Under the pieces are notes generated by a model that saw only the letters and a list, made by a program, of their open reading frames with translations, searched no databases and was not told where the DNA came from. From the NCBI GenBank assembly GCA_951406725.2, contig OX597832.1:14818001-14882000 (forward strand): DNA of 64,000 nt. The letters run 5' to 3'. The first letter of the stretch is position 1; each line of letters opens with the position of its first letter. A program made the translations under genes and the position numbers. This document shows, piece after piece, positions 13,841-27,463 of the stretch. The DNA comes from Octopus vulgaris. Its lineage: Eukaryota.

Positions 13841-14990
13841 CTTCTGAAATCAGAAATTAAAAAAATGACAATTGCTTTATTTTTTTTTTATTTTTTACCC
13901 CAGCTCGGGAAAACTTGCTTCTATACAAACGCTAATATGCATGCCTTAAGTGCTTATGCATGGGAGTTTTATGTACGTATTGCTAATGCTGTTTAGAGCA
14001 AATTTTCTTCACAAGCGTGTGTACCTATACATATATAGGTACACACGTATTTGTATATGCTGATATATGAGAAATAAAATTGGCGCCAGAAAAGTATATA
14101 AATACTTCAATAACCAACTAATATCAGTTAGACAGTTTCATGTACTGAATTCGAATTTCAAAAGAAAATTTAACAAATAAAATAAAATTAATAATTGATG
14201 GTATTTATACGAATTCACTGACAAGATTGAAAAGGAAATATTCACGATAAAAAGGTCACACGGAAATATAAGAAATGTCAGGATAATATTGAAAATCATC
14301 GTTCATGATTTTCTTTGTTTAAATGTCTGGTGGCATTAGTTTCTTTTTTATGGACTCATGACCAATTTTTGTAGCGGAAATATCTATCGTTTTATAATTG
14401 TTCTTTGCATATGTGTTATTTCTTAAACAGCAAAATGTCGACTAAAATTGAACTTACACGAACACGAACGGTTGCCTTTTATATTCAAAGCAATCTTGTA
14501 ACAAAACGTCTTTTAAATGTACGTCGTATTTGTAGACAGAATGTTAGTACAAGAAAATTATTTGGCATAATTTTCGTCAACGAAGACTGCATCGTTACAT
14601 TTCTTACACATTTCTTTTGGGAAATTTTTCGGTCGTAGAATTTACATCCTCATGTCGGGAGTTTACACTAGAATTCCCTCCCTGAAATTATGTATCTATA
14701 AACATTCTCAAGGAGCTAGTTGTTTTAATGAAAAGCTATCTGTTCACATCTTACTGACAATAGAAATATTGTGCCAATCGGCCAGGCCATGGTCTTTCTT
14801 ACCATAAAAAATAAATAAATAAAAGAGTCTCATTTGCTCAAACATCTATGTTATAGATTCCTCATTTGGAATGGCGTTGGTATATTTTGAAAGAAATCTT
14901 CTTTCTGATTATGCACGATCTTGATGCTATTCCAATGCAGATAATATGTGAGGCATATTCTAAAATTTTATCTACACGTCAGAAAATATA

Positions 14991-15185
14991 GGCACAAGAG
15001 TGGGTGTGTGGTATCTTGCTTGCCAACCACATGGTTCCGGGTTCATTCCCAATGCGTGACAGCTTGGACGAGGGTCTTCTACTGTAGCCTGCCGCCTCAG
15101 GTCGACCATGCCTTCTCAGTGGATTTGGTAGACGGAAACTGCAAGAAACCCGTCTTATATATCTATATATGTGTGTGTGTATATA

Positions 15186-15219
<34 letters not shown>

Positions 15220-15398
15220 TACTCCTCACATTGCTTGACAACCGATGCTGGTGTGTTTACGTCACCATCGCTTAAAAGAGTACGAGAGAATAAGTACTAG
15301 GCTTACAAAGAATAAGTCCTGGGTCGATTTTCTCGGTTAAAAGTGTTGCTCCCGCATGACCGCAGTCAAACTTCTAAAACAAGTAAAATAATAAAAGA
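14991..15398 (+). mobile_element. SINE family A (diverged)
   Basis: ccaaccacatggttccgggttcattccc...gacggaaactg...cttgacaaccgatgctggtgtgtttacgtc...caaagaataagtcc. Confidence 0.9.
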
Positions 15399-15419
15399 TC
15401 CAATGAGTAAACATCATCC

Positions 15420-15535
15420 CCACGCACACTTCTCAATGTACATGGAACAAATACGAGCTACAATAAGGGTGGATCACTCGCAGAAAACAGCACTGGCTGG
15501 AACCACTTGAATACTCCGGATGGTACTCTTTCCGT
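15420..15535 (+). mobile_element. Short 3' fragment of an R4/Dong-like (RLE) retrotransposon
   Basis: Translates to MEQIRATIRVDHSQKTALAGTT*ILRMVL, like the C-terminus LQKTLLLETARRLRRVL at about 4935-4990. Confidence 0.55.
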
Positions 15536-16246
15536 CCAAGTCAAGAAGCATTAAATTGTCGAAAGATATATCTGAGTTAATTGAAAATGTCTGAAATATC
15601 ATTTATACGTAGCCAAAAATCCCTTTGCTGCCTTGAGATGTGTAAAGGTCTCTTTCCCGCCGCTAACTCTAGCTTTGTTAGACTATTCGCAGCAGCATTT
15701 GCTTTCCATGTTGTTTTACTCCTTACTTCATCTCGCCTTTTTTCCGCTATTCATCTTCTTTTTTTTACTCTTCACTTCTACCTTTTCTTTCTCCTCCTCC
15801 TTCTTGTCTTCCTGCTGTCTACTGCAGTTCATCTACTCGCGATACCAGAGGGCGCATACTCTCCAGGGATACAGGCATCCAGCAACAGAACCTCCGTAAT
15901 GCTACGATGGCGTAGCATAGTCAATTCCTTTGTCTCGACCACTGTCGAACAATGATGATGATGATGATGTTGCATTTCATGGTGGAGTGGACGGGGGATT
16001 CCTCGTGTAAATTGCCGTACCACCTTCCTTCACCACTACAGGTTTTCGTCGCCATCTTCAATGATTACGTTCACCGAAGCAAATTTTCGAAGTAGTTTGA
16101 AAACAAAGATTTCTATCACCCCGAAAATGAGGCTTTCGTTAACAAACAATTCAAACAAGAAAATACATTTTAGGACCTTTTAAACAAGTGAATTAGACAT
16201 AAAATTACAGCGCTCCAAAACAAACCACCAGTTGTTTTTATTATCA

Positions 16247-16265
16247 ATAATATTATCAATAATAC

Positions 16266-16341
<76 letters not shown>

Positions 16342-16357
16342 TAATAATAATAATAAT

Positions 16358-16405
<48 letters not shown>
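16247..16405. repeat. (TAA)n microsatellite
   Basis: Directly visible. Confidence 0.95.
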
Positions 16406-16407
<2 letters not shown>

Positions 16408-16860
16408 AGCTAGCGATTGCCATTATGGATGCAAGACGAACATCGTTAATGATGAGGTCGACTAAATGAAGATAGCGTTGAGAATTAATTTGTGAGCGTT
16501 AAGGGAAGCAGAAGAGAATAAAGTAATAAAACACGTGAGTTACTGGGGATGAGTGATAGTGAAACTAACTATTCCTGATAACCACAGAACCGATATGGCG
16601 AGGAAATTCTTTTTAAAAAGATAGCGAATAGGGGGTGGGTGTCAACTATTTAAATCTAAAACCAAAAATAAAGTAAGAATTGAAATTGTGACATAAGACT
16701 AGTTTAATAGGTGTTGAGTGATCCTGGAGCTGATAATGGTAGAGGGGAAATTAAAAATAAAAATAGGGCTAGGAGCGCTGGTATAGAACAAAATGTGAGC
16801 AGCAGAAAATAGGAGTGGAAATAGTAAAGGGTAAATACCTGATACTAGGATGGTTATGAA

Positions 16861-17500
16861 TAGTTATTTAGTTAGTTAATTTGGCTCAAAAGCAAATAGC
16901 AAGGGCATGTAGGGGGACATGGAGTTAAGTACAGGGTGGTGTTCATGTAAAGAGTTCAGGCCACTTGAGGTCCAAGGAGGCTTTGAACAAAGCGGTCGTC
17001 GGCATCTTCACCATATCGTCTGGCAGCTTGTTCCACGGATCCGCAACCCGGACGGAGAAAGCTCCTCTCCTTCGATTGAGATGAAATCGTCGCAGGTAGA
17101 GCTTTTCGGAATGACCCCGCAGCCGACGCTCTGGAGCAGGAGTGAAGAACAGCTCTTTCGAGAGGTTACACTTTCCGCTTATGATGTTGTGGGCGAGAAT
17201 GAGATCACCACGGCGGCGGCGTTTTTCAAGAGAATAAAGGTCGAGCGTCCTCAGCCTTTCTTCGTAGGACACATTTTTGAGACCATGAACCGTGCGGGTA
17301 GCCAGCTTCTGGACTCTTTCGAGATGCTGTATGTCTTTGAGAAGAGGCTTGAATCCCATACTCCAATATGGGTCTCACCAGCGTGACACAGAGTGGTAGG
17401 AATATGGCTGCTGTGAGCATTCCGAATGACCGTCGAATCAAGAACAGGATTCCGCGTGCTTTGTTGATAGCATGGACGCACTGGGCCGAAGGCGAAAAGG
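16861..17500 (-). mobile_element. 5'-truncated CR1-clade LINE (ORF2 C-terminus, 3' UTR, tail)
   Basis: LVRPILEY, LERVQKLATR, YEERLRTLDLYSLEKRRRRGDLI, RGH, FSVRVADPWNKLP and FKASLD are CR1 ORF2 motifs. There is a frameshift near 17345, a 3' stem-loop CATGT-CCCCCT-ACATG at 16906-16921 and a (TAAC)n-like tail. Confidence 0.93.
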
Positions 17501-20155
17501 AGGAATATATTCGAACTCATTGTGAAGAGAACTGCAAGGATATGTTTTAAGGAATGAAACGTCGCGAGTAAATGTTTAAAGGTATAAGGAGTTTCCGTAA
17601 TGTTTATCAATATTCTGCCTTGATTGACAATGCTGTCTTCTCATTGCATCAACGTATACAGTTTTTCGTTAGATATAAATGTTTATAACAACCATAACTA
17701 TTATGATGCTGAAAAGTGATTCACTATCATTTAGTATACCTAAATTGCACAATTATCTGAAGAATACAGTCTGGCTCTTATTTTCTTTACTTGCCATCAC
17801 GTCAAAACGACGAAAGAAATATAGCTTCCATACTATTTATTTTTCTTTTTTCTGTTATTCCTGACCTGTGTGTGACTAAAGAAAAGAAGAAACATGCATA
17901 TTCTATTTACTCCCGAACACGTTATTACAATCATCATTATCAATCACCACCTCCTCATCCATATCATCATCTCTATATGTGTATGTGTGAATTAAATTTC
18001 TCCCTTCTGTTCGCTTTTTCGTCTTGTATTCATTGATTTCATGATAAAATGTAGGAATGTACAAATACTATTAAGTGTGAGCGTATGTGTGTAAGTGTTT
18101 GTGTATGTGTGTGTTCATACATTTAACGTTTGTACGGATGTGGGCATTTGGATAAAATAAACAAAAGGAATGATATTCAAAGCAATCAATATTGTGCATA
18201 AGGTGTTATTTATATTTTATGAATCATTTATCAATAAACGGACTTATTTAATTACAAATAACGTCACATAAATAAACTATAAATTACATCCTTCTACAAC
18301 ACCTTATATAAGTAGTATGAGTTTGTTACATGCAGACACATACACACGTGCGCATATGTGTGTATATAAGATTGTGTGTAAGTGTGTGTGTACGTATGTT
18401 CCCTATGTATTCCAAAACTGAGATGTCGATTTTGACGTATGAGGTATCAGAAGATTCAGTACTATTTCGGCTACCAATTAAAACATATTTGCATTATCAA
18501 AATTTAAAATTGCAATATTGTCCATCAGTCAAATGTCATGAACAGTATATATGACAAGGACGTCGATGACGTCACACTTTCTATATGAGTGTGAATCTTA
18601 AAGACAGCCATTATTACAACACACACTTTCACTCACTCACTCTATCTCTCTCTTTCTCATTCTCCCGCTCTCTTCTCTCTCTCTCTCTCTCTCTCTCGCA
18701 CACACACATCGATTTTATGGTCTCGTGCATACATCTTTCGCTTTCTCATCTCCTTCACTTTCTGTTCTTTCTCCCCTTTTCGTTTTCTCTTGTCTTTCAA
18801 TTCATGGTCTCTTCAAAGCATAAATAAATATTTTTTTACGGAATGACCGAGGAAAGTTCAGGATGAGATAAGAGAAAGAAACACAGACAGAAAATAAGTT
18901 TATATAGTAGATGAAAGACACATAGCGGGTGAGAGACAGGCATTGATGTTTCATAAACTATGTTTGTTCTACAATTGGAAGTGAAAAAAAAAAAGAAAAC
19001 ACAAATTTGATACTGCATATACCTTATAGGTGAAGATGAACGAAGGCCCGCATAAAGAGAGTAGGGAGGTGGGGAGCAAGGGGACTCTGAGATCCACAGA
19101 AACGAGGTCGTGTCGTACAATTTTCAGGTCGTTTTCAGGTCACTTCCATTTTCGTCCAATGTTTAACGCATGCGTATAATTAGGCATTATCTTTCTGTTT
19201 CAATTTCTTATAATGTACGGAGAATCTATCCTCTCAACAACTCAGAACTTCCACTAATTAATTGGAATTAAGAATTGCATGCAAATGTAAATTCAATTGG
19301 CAACCACATGCGCGCGATCTCACGCACGTACAGAGACAGACAGAAGGGATTTAAAGTTCTGTATAAATTATGTTAATTCTTGCTGTGCGCTAAATTGCAT
19401 ATCAAATCATATGCAATGGTACAAGATTGATTGACTCACTACAATGATAAATCATGCTCTAGAATCAACCATTATTGTTAGCTGCCATCGGGAAGAGATA
19501 ATATAGATTCCACACATGTCCCTTTCAAATGTGTCATTTCAATTCAAGCGCCTCCGGTTCCCAGTGCGATTGCGCTTCGTTATGAGAATCAACATAAATC
19601 AGGGCCAAACGTTAAAAATTGTGAGTCTCAATTTTAAAATACCCTACTTTTCTCATTGACAATTATATGTCGCATGCTTTCGAGTTAGCAGTGAAGATTA
19701 CTTCTATATTTCTGTTACCAACACTGGACGTACGACGCAAAACATAGTTTACCCAGATGCATTGTTGGATTCGCTTAACATATGTTGAAGTGTGTAGTCT
19801 GCCAACATTTTATAGAGATGGTTCTTTTCAAAATGAAGCAGTATTCCTTCCATATAGCTTAATTCTGCGCTACGAATACTCCCATATTCTCAGTCGTTAT
19901 CTAATTCCTTACATCCGTACGTCTTGCTCATTTTGGGGGCAATGTTAGGATTTCACTCTAATCTAAGCTGCTACACTACATGTTTTCTGTCTCGACAATT
20001 CTGGCAGTCTTTCCCGCAAAATGGCTGAAAAACTTCTTAATAAAGAAGAGTTGTTTCCTTCAATCTCCTTGTGCACCGATTCTACCCATAAGAAAGACGG
20101 AAATAAGACAATGTGGATGTAGGTCTTAACCCCAGGTAACATCGGGATTCATCGC

Positions 20156-20162
<7 letters not shown>

Positions 20163-20238
<76 letters not shown>

Positions 20239-20252
20239 TGTGTGTCTGTATG

Positions 20253-20295
<43 letters not shown>

Positions 20296-20314
20296 ATGTA
20301 TGTGTGTGAGTGTG

Positions 20315-20364
<50 letters not shown>

Positions 20365-20372
20365 TGTGTGTG
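20163..20372. repeat. Compound (TA)n/(TG)n microsatellite
   Basis: Directly visible. Confidence 0.95.
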
Positions 20373-23096
20373 CACACAGAATTGGCATGTGACAGACGTC
20401 CACAAAGGTACTACTCATTTCACTGCAAATACATTCGTCATTCCCATGATATCCACTCAGGTTCGCACTGGGACTAAATATTGAGATTGGTTCATGAAAA
20501 TAAAGTCATGACACCGAGAAAAGGGAAAAGAGAGAGAGAAGGAGAGAAAGCCAGTTATCCGCCTTTGCGAAAAGATAGACCCTTCCCCCTAATTCCGCCT
20601 CCGAACTTTAGTAAAATTGTATGAGAAATATCAGACTGTCAATTTTGGCCTGATCAACCCGTATATATTTGCTGGGGCCTCGATGTAATTCGTCCTTATT
20701 CGAAAACTCGGTTAACTAAGACTTACTCGGTAGGCTTATTTGTATAGCGCTATATCATTCCAGACGAATTCATACAATATCGCTGAAAATTATAGCTTCA
20801 AGGAGAAATGTATAGAACCTGGTTATATAACAGGGCTATCCATAGAGAGTAATATAACTGCGATTTCCTATGGATATACTTTTTTTAACTGTTTCAATAT
20901 CATTAATCTCTTTCAGCCTGTAAGAAAACTGCAGCTAGGAACGGTCGTATATAGATAATAACAAACTGTAAACGTCAAATAGGCAATATATTGCTGAGAG
21001 CCAGCCAATTACGCATGTGACAATGTCAAACTAGCATAACGAATGATGTTATCTTTCACCAATGCACTCTTCGTCCTCTCGTTAAATCCCTCATTATGCC
21101 TTCCAGTAAAGCATAGTAATAAAATACCTTGAATGATCAAACGGATCAGCCGTCTATGAGATGGCTCGTAAAGTGAGCAAAATCTCACACAAATGCCGCT
21201 CGATGTCTGGAGTATATATGTATATATATATATATATATATATAATTTGAGATGGATACAGCAGTAACATCTTTGATCATAGAATTGGGCTGAGAGGAAA
21301 GAAACGTCATATAATAATGTTTTGAACTAAAAAGTGGGAAAATAACTCCAATTCCTTTGCAGACTGTCTGCATCTATATATGCGCTTGCTTCGGTAGATG
21401 AAAAGTAGTGAAGCTAATTAACGAACTTTTCCGTGGAATTATAAGTAAATGTTAGTCCAAATATACTATGTGGAGCGGTAAGAAGAAGTGCAATAGTATG
21501 TTGCAGAATTAAAATACGTACGACATTAGAATGTACTCGATTAACGCATGAGTTGTGCGAGTGTTATTTGAAACAATGACCATTAGAAAATAGCTTAAGA
21601 TAGAGTATATGCTATTGCTTTCATATATACAGTATGCATATTTAGTATGATATCGTTGGATTAATATACGGGTTTGTTACACTGAAGTTCCATAATGACT
21701 ACATGGAATCTTATGGGGATAAAAGCAAATTTCCATATAGATCCTAATAAATTGTGATTATATTCCGGTCACCTGAGGGTTAATATATAATGAAATCTGT
21801 TGCAATTTTATCTGTGCTATTTCTTCCCAGATAAACTCTGTAAGAACAAGATGTTATTAATTAAAAACCTTCTTTTCATAATCGCCCACAGATTTTCCGT
21901 AACGTTTCAATTTATAGAGATACAGATTAATGGAATTTTGGCTGTCATTTAAGCATATTTCGTGACAGTTTACACCTGCTCTCATTACCTACTATAGAGA
22001 ATGGAATTGTTTCGTTCTATAAACACAACTTTCACAGTTATTGGGATAAGCAATTACATGTAGAATTTATAAAATCCTAGTATGTAGTTTTGATTTACGC
22101 AGCATCTCAACTAGGAGTGATTGGAATTCATTCAATGAAGGCTCTAAATATGTTCAGTTGTAATTCAAAACGTATTAGCTGATACGGAATATAGGTTATG
22201 TAATGATACAATTAACTACGATATTACATCTTATATATGCTAATCCTCATGAATTATGAAGTGCCAAACACAGTATTTGCATATAAATAATCTTAAATAG
22301 TGATGAACTCATTATTATGTACGGACACAAAGGATCTCGAGTGGATGTACAGCATAACAAATATATGCATGCAACACAAATGCTTTTGTTTACAAGATAT
22401 TCATTTAAATGTATCATTTGTTCTGGAATACGGCATCCAATCGACAACAATGCTGTTAAGATGAATTAGGCAATTGAAGAACCTATGTGATAGACTAATA
22501 ACACTATGCAAACGACAAATTTTCTGTTAATGTTATGCTCTCTAACAGGCTAAATATACCTGTTCCTATTGAAACGTAACAATAGTGACTGTCGTCTCAG
22601 AAGAGCTCCATAATGGTGCATTCAACAATGGGCAATATAATGATTTATTACTCAAAGAATCAGCTATTATTTAATGAACTACAGGGACAAATTGAACAGT
22701 TTCTAACTGTACATGCAGTAACTTTCTTTTTCTTTTTCTATATGCATATTCGTAAGAGAAAAGAAAGCTTACAAATAAACACAGATAAATATGTAAGTGC
22801 TGACAGCCATTCAGAGATACGAAACCCCGGCTTATACGAACTATAGTTAATATCGTCTGCTAGCCTATTACTTTGAGCGAAAAATATGTAGGGAAAAAGC
22901 CTTAATTTTATTCCACATGCGGTAATACACTCTTTGTGCATATTGCATACATGTGTCTGCATATGTGTGTTTGTCTGAGTGTGTGTTTAATGGATACACA
23001 CAGACACACAGACACATACAAACAGCCACCCAAACACACACTCACACACACACATGCATATATATGCTGGGGATTGCAGTAGGTATAGTGAATTAA

Positions 23097-23330
23097 GGCA
23101 GCGAGCTGGCAGAAGCGTTAACACGCCGGGCGAAATGCTTAGCTGTATTTCGTCTGTCGCTACGTTCTGAGTTCAAATGCCGCTGAGGTCTAATTTGCCT
23201 TTCATCCTTTCGGGGTCGATTAAATCAGTACCAGTTACGCATTGAGGTCGATATAATCGACTTAATCCGTTTGTTTGTTCTTGTTTGTCCCTTCTTTGTT
23301 TTTGTCCCTTGTGGGTAGTAGAGAAATAGG
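23097..23330 (+). mobile_element. SINE family B, well preserved, with 15-bp target-site duplication
   Basis: B-box gagttcaaatgcc and core gcctttcatcctttcggggtcgattaaatcagtaccag; direct repeat taggtatagtgaatt at 23080-23094 and 23327-23341. Confidence 0.93.
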
Positions 23331-24626
23331 TATAGTGAATTGTTTCTTCCTCATGACAATTCTAACTTTAAGGTCTGGTACGCAATTTGTGTTGGAAGTA
23401 TGATAGGGATGTTGGCGGCGGTAGAAGTAGCAATGACAGTTTTCATAGTAGTGTTAGCTATGTTAATCTCCTTGATAGAAAAAAAAACAACATTTGTAGG
23501 TCTGGTATCTATTGTAGCATAACTAAGAACATTAAGAATAGTTTCATTACTACAATGGCCGAGGTGTGATTTGTGTCTGTCACAAATGATAATAAACATT
23601 ACTTTTTGTCTTTTCCTTTCTAGATCTATTGCTATTGCAACGTTATCATTCATCTATGGTAGTAGGTGAATAATATTTTTATGTCCACAATTTACTAAAT
23701 CTCAGCGTTTTTAGAGCTTTGTCGCTTATTTAGTTCTAAACCAGATAGAAAACTGTTAATATTTTTGAAGGGGACTCATCCCTCGCTACAGTTTAACGTT
23801 ACAAAAATGTGGTGAAAATTTGCAGCAGATTTGTAGGAGGCTAAGCAACGCCTCCAATCAAGTTTAGATCTAAATCATTTTTTGTTTGAAAAGCAAAAGA
23901 TATTCATGTTAGTTTTAATGATAGACGAAAGCATGAGGAAATGCATAGCTTTAGTTCCATGCAACAAAAACTTGTATTAAAATTTTATGAGGCACAATAT
24001 CATGGAAAATATAAGACAACAAACTGAACTTAAGTATAATTAACTTGATTTATTTTAAAAACAAACTACACTTTAATTAAGCTTATATGGTAGAGCTCAA
24101 TTCGAGGAATTTTATGGTATCAAACTTATGAAATGAAGCTTTTAAAGAAAATGTTATGAGTTTTTATTTCTCAAATATGAGGATGATAAAATAGTTTTAT
24201 ACTTGTTTATGAATATAGAACTTTCAGGCGGTTTTTAATACCGGCACCATTGAGGTAAGGAAAACATTATCAATGACACCGTTAATTTTCAATTAGTTTA
24301 ATTACGTCGTCTGTATTAATTAATGCAATTATATCATTTAAAACATTCCCGTAGTATTTGAGACCAGAAAGAAGTTTCAAAATAAAAAAAAATTTACTAT
24401 ATCTACTAAATTACAGAAGTAGAAATTTTTTACTAAAACTATTGCAGCTAAGGATACAATTTGAACACAGAAAGATGCTTTTAATTTACAAGACACCATT
24501 ATAATTAAGAAAGGTACCATTGTTGTGTCAAGATATGGAGATACTAGAATACTAAAAATATGAGAGCCAGAAGTACCAATATGGCAAACGATTTATGCAA
24601 AGTAGAATAGTATATTAATTATTTAT

Positions 24627-24703
24627 GCGCCCTTTTCAAGCGTAGCCATGCTCATCGGCCCGGTTTCCCAGTTTCTATGGCGTATGTGTTCCCCCAGCTT
24701 GAC
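24627..24703. mobile_element. Probable fragment of another interspersed repeat (SINE-like)
   Basis: GC-rich island gcgcccttttcaagcgtagcc...cccggtttcccagtttctatggcgtatgtgttcccccagc in an AT-rich context; single copy in the window, so the assignment is from recall only. Confidence 0.4.
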
Positions 24704-25090
24704 TAAAGTGTTTCCGATATATTTGCGAAGAAAGTGCTCACATATTTTTGTTGTAAATTTTAGTGCTACAGAATTTCTAAATAATCTATGAATGAATTCT
24801 CAAAGGAAGTGGCGTCCTATGTTCGTACTACATCACAGTCCATAAATATTGTCACTAAACACCTAACAGTTATTTTCTACAATGGAATATAGGTACATCA
24901 TCAAGGGGTTCACTATGCATTTATGTAGTACTGCAGCATGGTTATCTAAGCAGAATTTAGAGGGTTTGATTCACGTAGACATTTGTATAAATATTCAACG
25001 GCTTTATTAATATCTGTCACTGGAAATGAATTTGGCAACTGTAAATCGACACTTACAAATTTTTTTAACATATTTGAGGAACTGAATATT

Positions 25091-25345
25091 TTTTTGCCTG
25101 TTTCAGCTCAGAGCCGATGCACCGCCGTTTTGTGCTACACTGTTATTACGAAGAACCTCCTCTAATATGTGGCACTTGGTGAAGAATGGAGTTTGACATA
25201 GCTACTCTCATTTGCACCTCTTGCCGTGAGCTAGGTTCATCTGGGACTCTCGAGAGGAAGATGTCCAGCTTTGATTTAAAATCTTCTACAATTACTTTGT
25301 GCAAGTTCCTCAGACTATGGGAGAATATTAAAAATCTGTGGGCCC
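25091..25345 (-). mobile_element. 3' end of a second CR1/L2-group LINE
   Basis: The minus strand gives GPQIFNILP / SLRNLHKVIVEDFKSKLDIFLSRVPDEP...SNSILHQ, a typical LINE ORF2 terminus, followed by a short 3' UTR. Confidence 0.8.
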
Positions 25346-25550
25346 TATGGTACTTAGACGGAGACTTTCACAGATTGGACCAGCGGTTATTTACCATACT
25401 TATACATCAATATCTCTGTTGGTCATATGAACATTCACTTATTTTCAGCTGCTTCTATGTCACATAAAAGACTAAATAACAACTGCTCCCACCACAACAT
25501 CCACAGCTATAGGACTTCAACTACCAATGAAAAAAGTTGAATACCAGTAT

Positions 25551-25622
25551 TGATTGTGGTAGGAACATTTTGATTTGTGGTAGTGATCACTACCACAAAT
25601 CAAAATGTTCCTACCACAATCA
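25551..25622. repeat. Perfect 72-bp palindrome (36-bp arms, no spacer)
   Basis: tgattgtggtaggaacattttgatttgtggtagtga|tcactaccacaaatcaaaatgttcctaccacaatca. Confidence 0.97.
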
Positions 25623-25858
25623 TAAGGAAAGAGACAAAAGATGAAAATACAATAAAAGGAAAACTGTTTTTATTTTTGTCACGGTTATGTGAATTTACAA
25701 AACGGAATTATAAAATGTGGATGCTCAGAACTGGATCCATAAAAGCATTTTTTCGCTTCAATTTCTTCATTTCTATATTTGTTGTAGAAATAAATTTCCG
25801 AAAGTAATTGAAATATATTTTAATCTAGGATGATAATGTTTTACTCCATAAATGAAGC

Positions 25859-25911
<53 letters not shown>

Positions 25912-26023
25912 CACAAATAGACAGATAGTTTGAGAGAGAGGGGGAGGGAGAAAGATAGATAAATATGTACATAAATATATAAACATATGTATATATGTAT
26001 ATATGTTTACATATATACATAAA

Positions 26024-26100
<77 letters not shown>

Positions 26101-26413
26101 TGTGTGTGTGTTGGTACAATTGACCTAACACAGCAGCCAGCCCCTTGATATTGAACGAAGCAACGATTTCTACTTTGCTACCAATTTAACATAATTACAA
26201 GCATATAATCGCGAATCAATATTGATTTGTACGCCGGAAATATCATTCAGACACAGAAATATGTTCCATACTGCTTAATTCCCCAGTCATAATGGATTAG
26301 TCCATCACAATATGTAGTTACAAGCATGCATAGATTCAGGCACACTCACACAACCCAGCATGCATACGATCCTCACATATATATATATATATATATATTT
26401 TATATATATATAT

Positions 26414-26483
<70 letters not shown>

Positions 26484-26938
26484 CGAATGATTGTCGAATC
26501 ATATTTCCTTCAGCTCACAAAACCGATATAAATACACAGTACATCGTAAAATATACTTTGATAAGTTAGAATAAAATTGTGATGGATGATAATTTGGATA
26601 GCGACATAACTTGCAAAGTAGATGATAAATGTCACAATGAATATGGAAAAGAAATTACTGTTTACATCTAGGATATTTGTAAATTCTTGAATTAAGAACA
26701 ATGGTATATTCAGTCATTCAATATTTTATAACCATCTAGAGACATGTTGTTTCCATGTAACATGTATTGAATACTAATTTAATATCTACCATTCTGCGAT
26801 ATATATATATATATATATATATTCATAAATGTATGTATTTATAAATATATATGTATGCATATAAATATAATTATACATACATACGTATATACATATGAAT
26901 ATATACGTCCGTGTATATAAAGTAAACATGTATACATA

Positions 26939-26993
<55 letters not shown>

Positions 26994-27326
26994 TAACTCG
27001 CGTACATATGAGGGTAATATATTAAAATAATTTATTAATAGGAATTAGCATGCTTAAATAAAAATGGGAACACATAAGATATTTTCGGATATATAGAAGT
27101 GTAGACAATTTTTTTAGGCACAAAAAAGAGACCTTTGACAGGATTCCTGTCAACGGATTCCTAAACAACGGAAAGTAGAAATCATGTAGCACTCGGAGTA
27201 TAACACCAGAACGAACAAAAAGATATATTAGTTATTCCCGAATTCGATTACTGATTTGGAAACTGTGGCTTACAGAGAATATGTCCTGAACACTATTTGT
27301 TCCACTGAAAGCGGTTCTGAAGCATG

Positions 27327-27402
27327 AATGACTGAAACTATTAACATATGACTGAAAAAATTAACATAATATATATGACTGAAACAATTAACATAATAAA
27401 TA
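27327..27402. repeat. Short tandem repeat, three copies of atgactgaaa..attaacat
   Basis: Directly visible; units of about 20-27 bp. Confidence 0.8.
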
Positions 27403-27422
27403 TACACAGTGGCAGAGAAAGA

Positions 27423-27463
<41 letters not shown>

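Noticed and set aside
15829-16023. 64-aa ORF with a His run
   Set aside because: The His run comes from a (CAT)n repeat, the start is non-ATG and there is no recognisable homology.
16919-17386. 155-aa plus-strand ORF
   Set aside because: Antisense shadow of the CR1 ORF2 on the minus strand.
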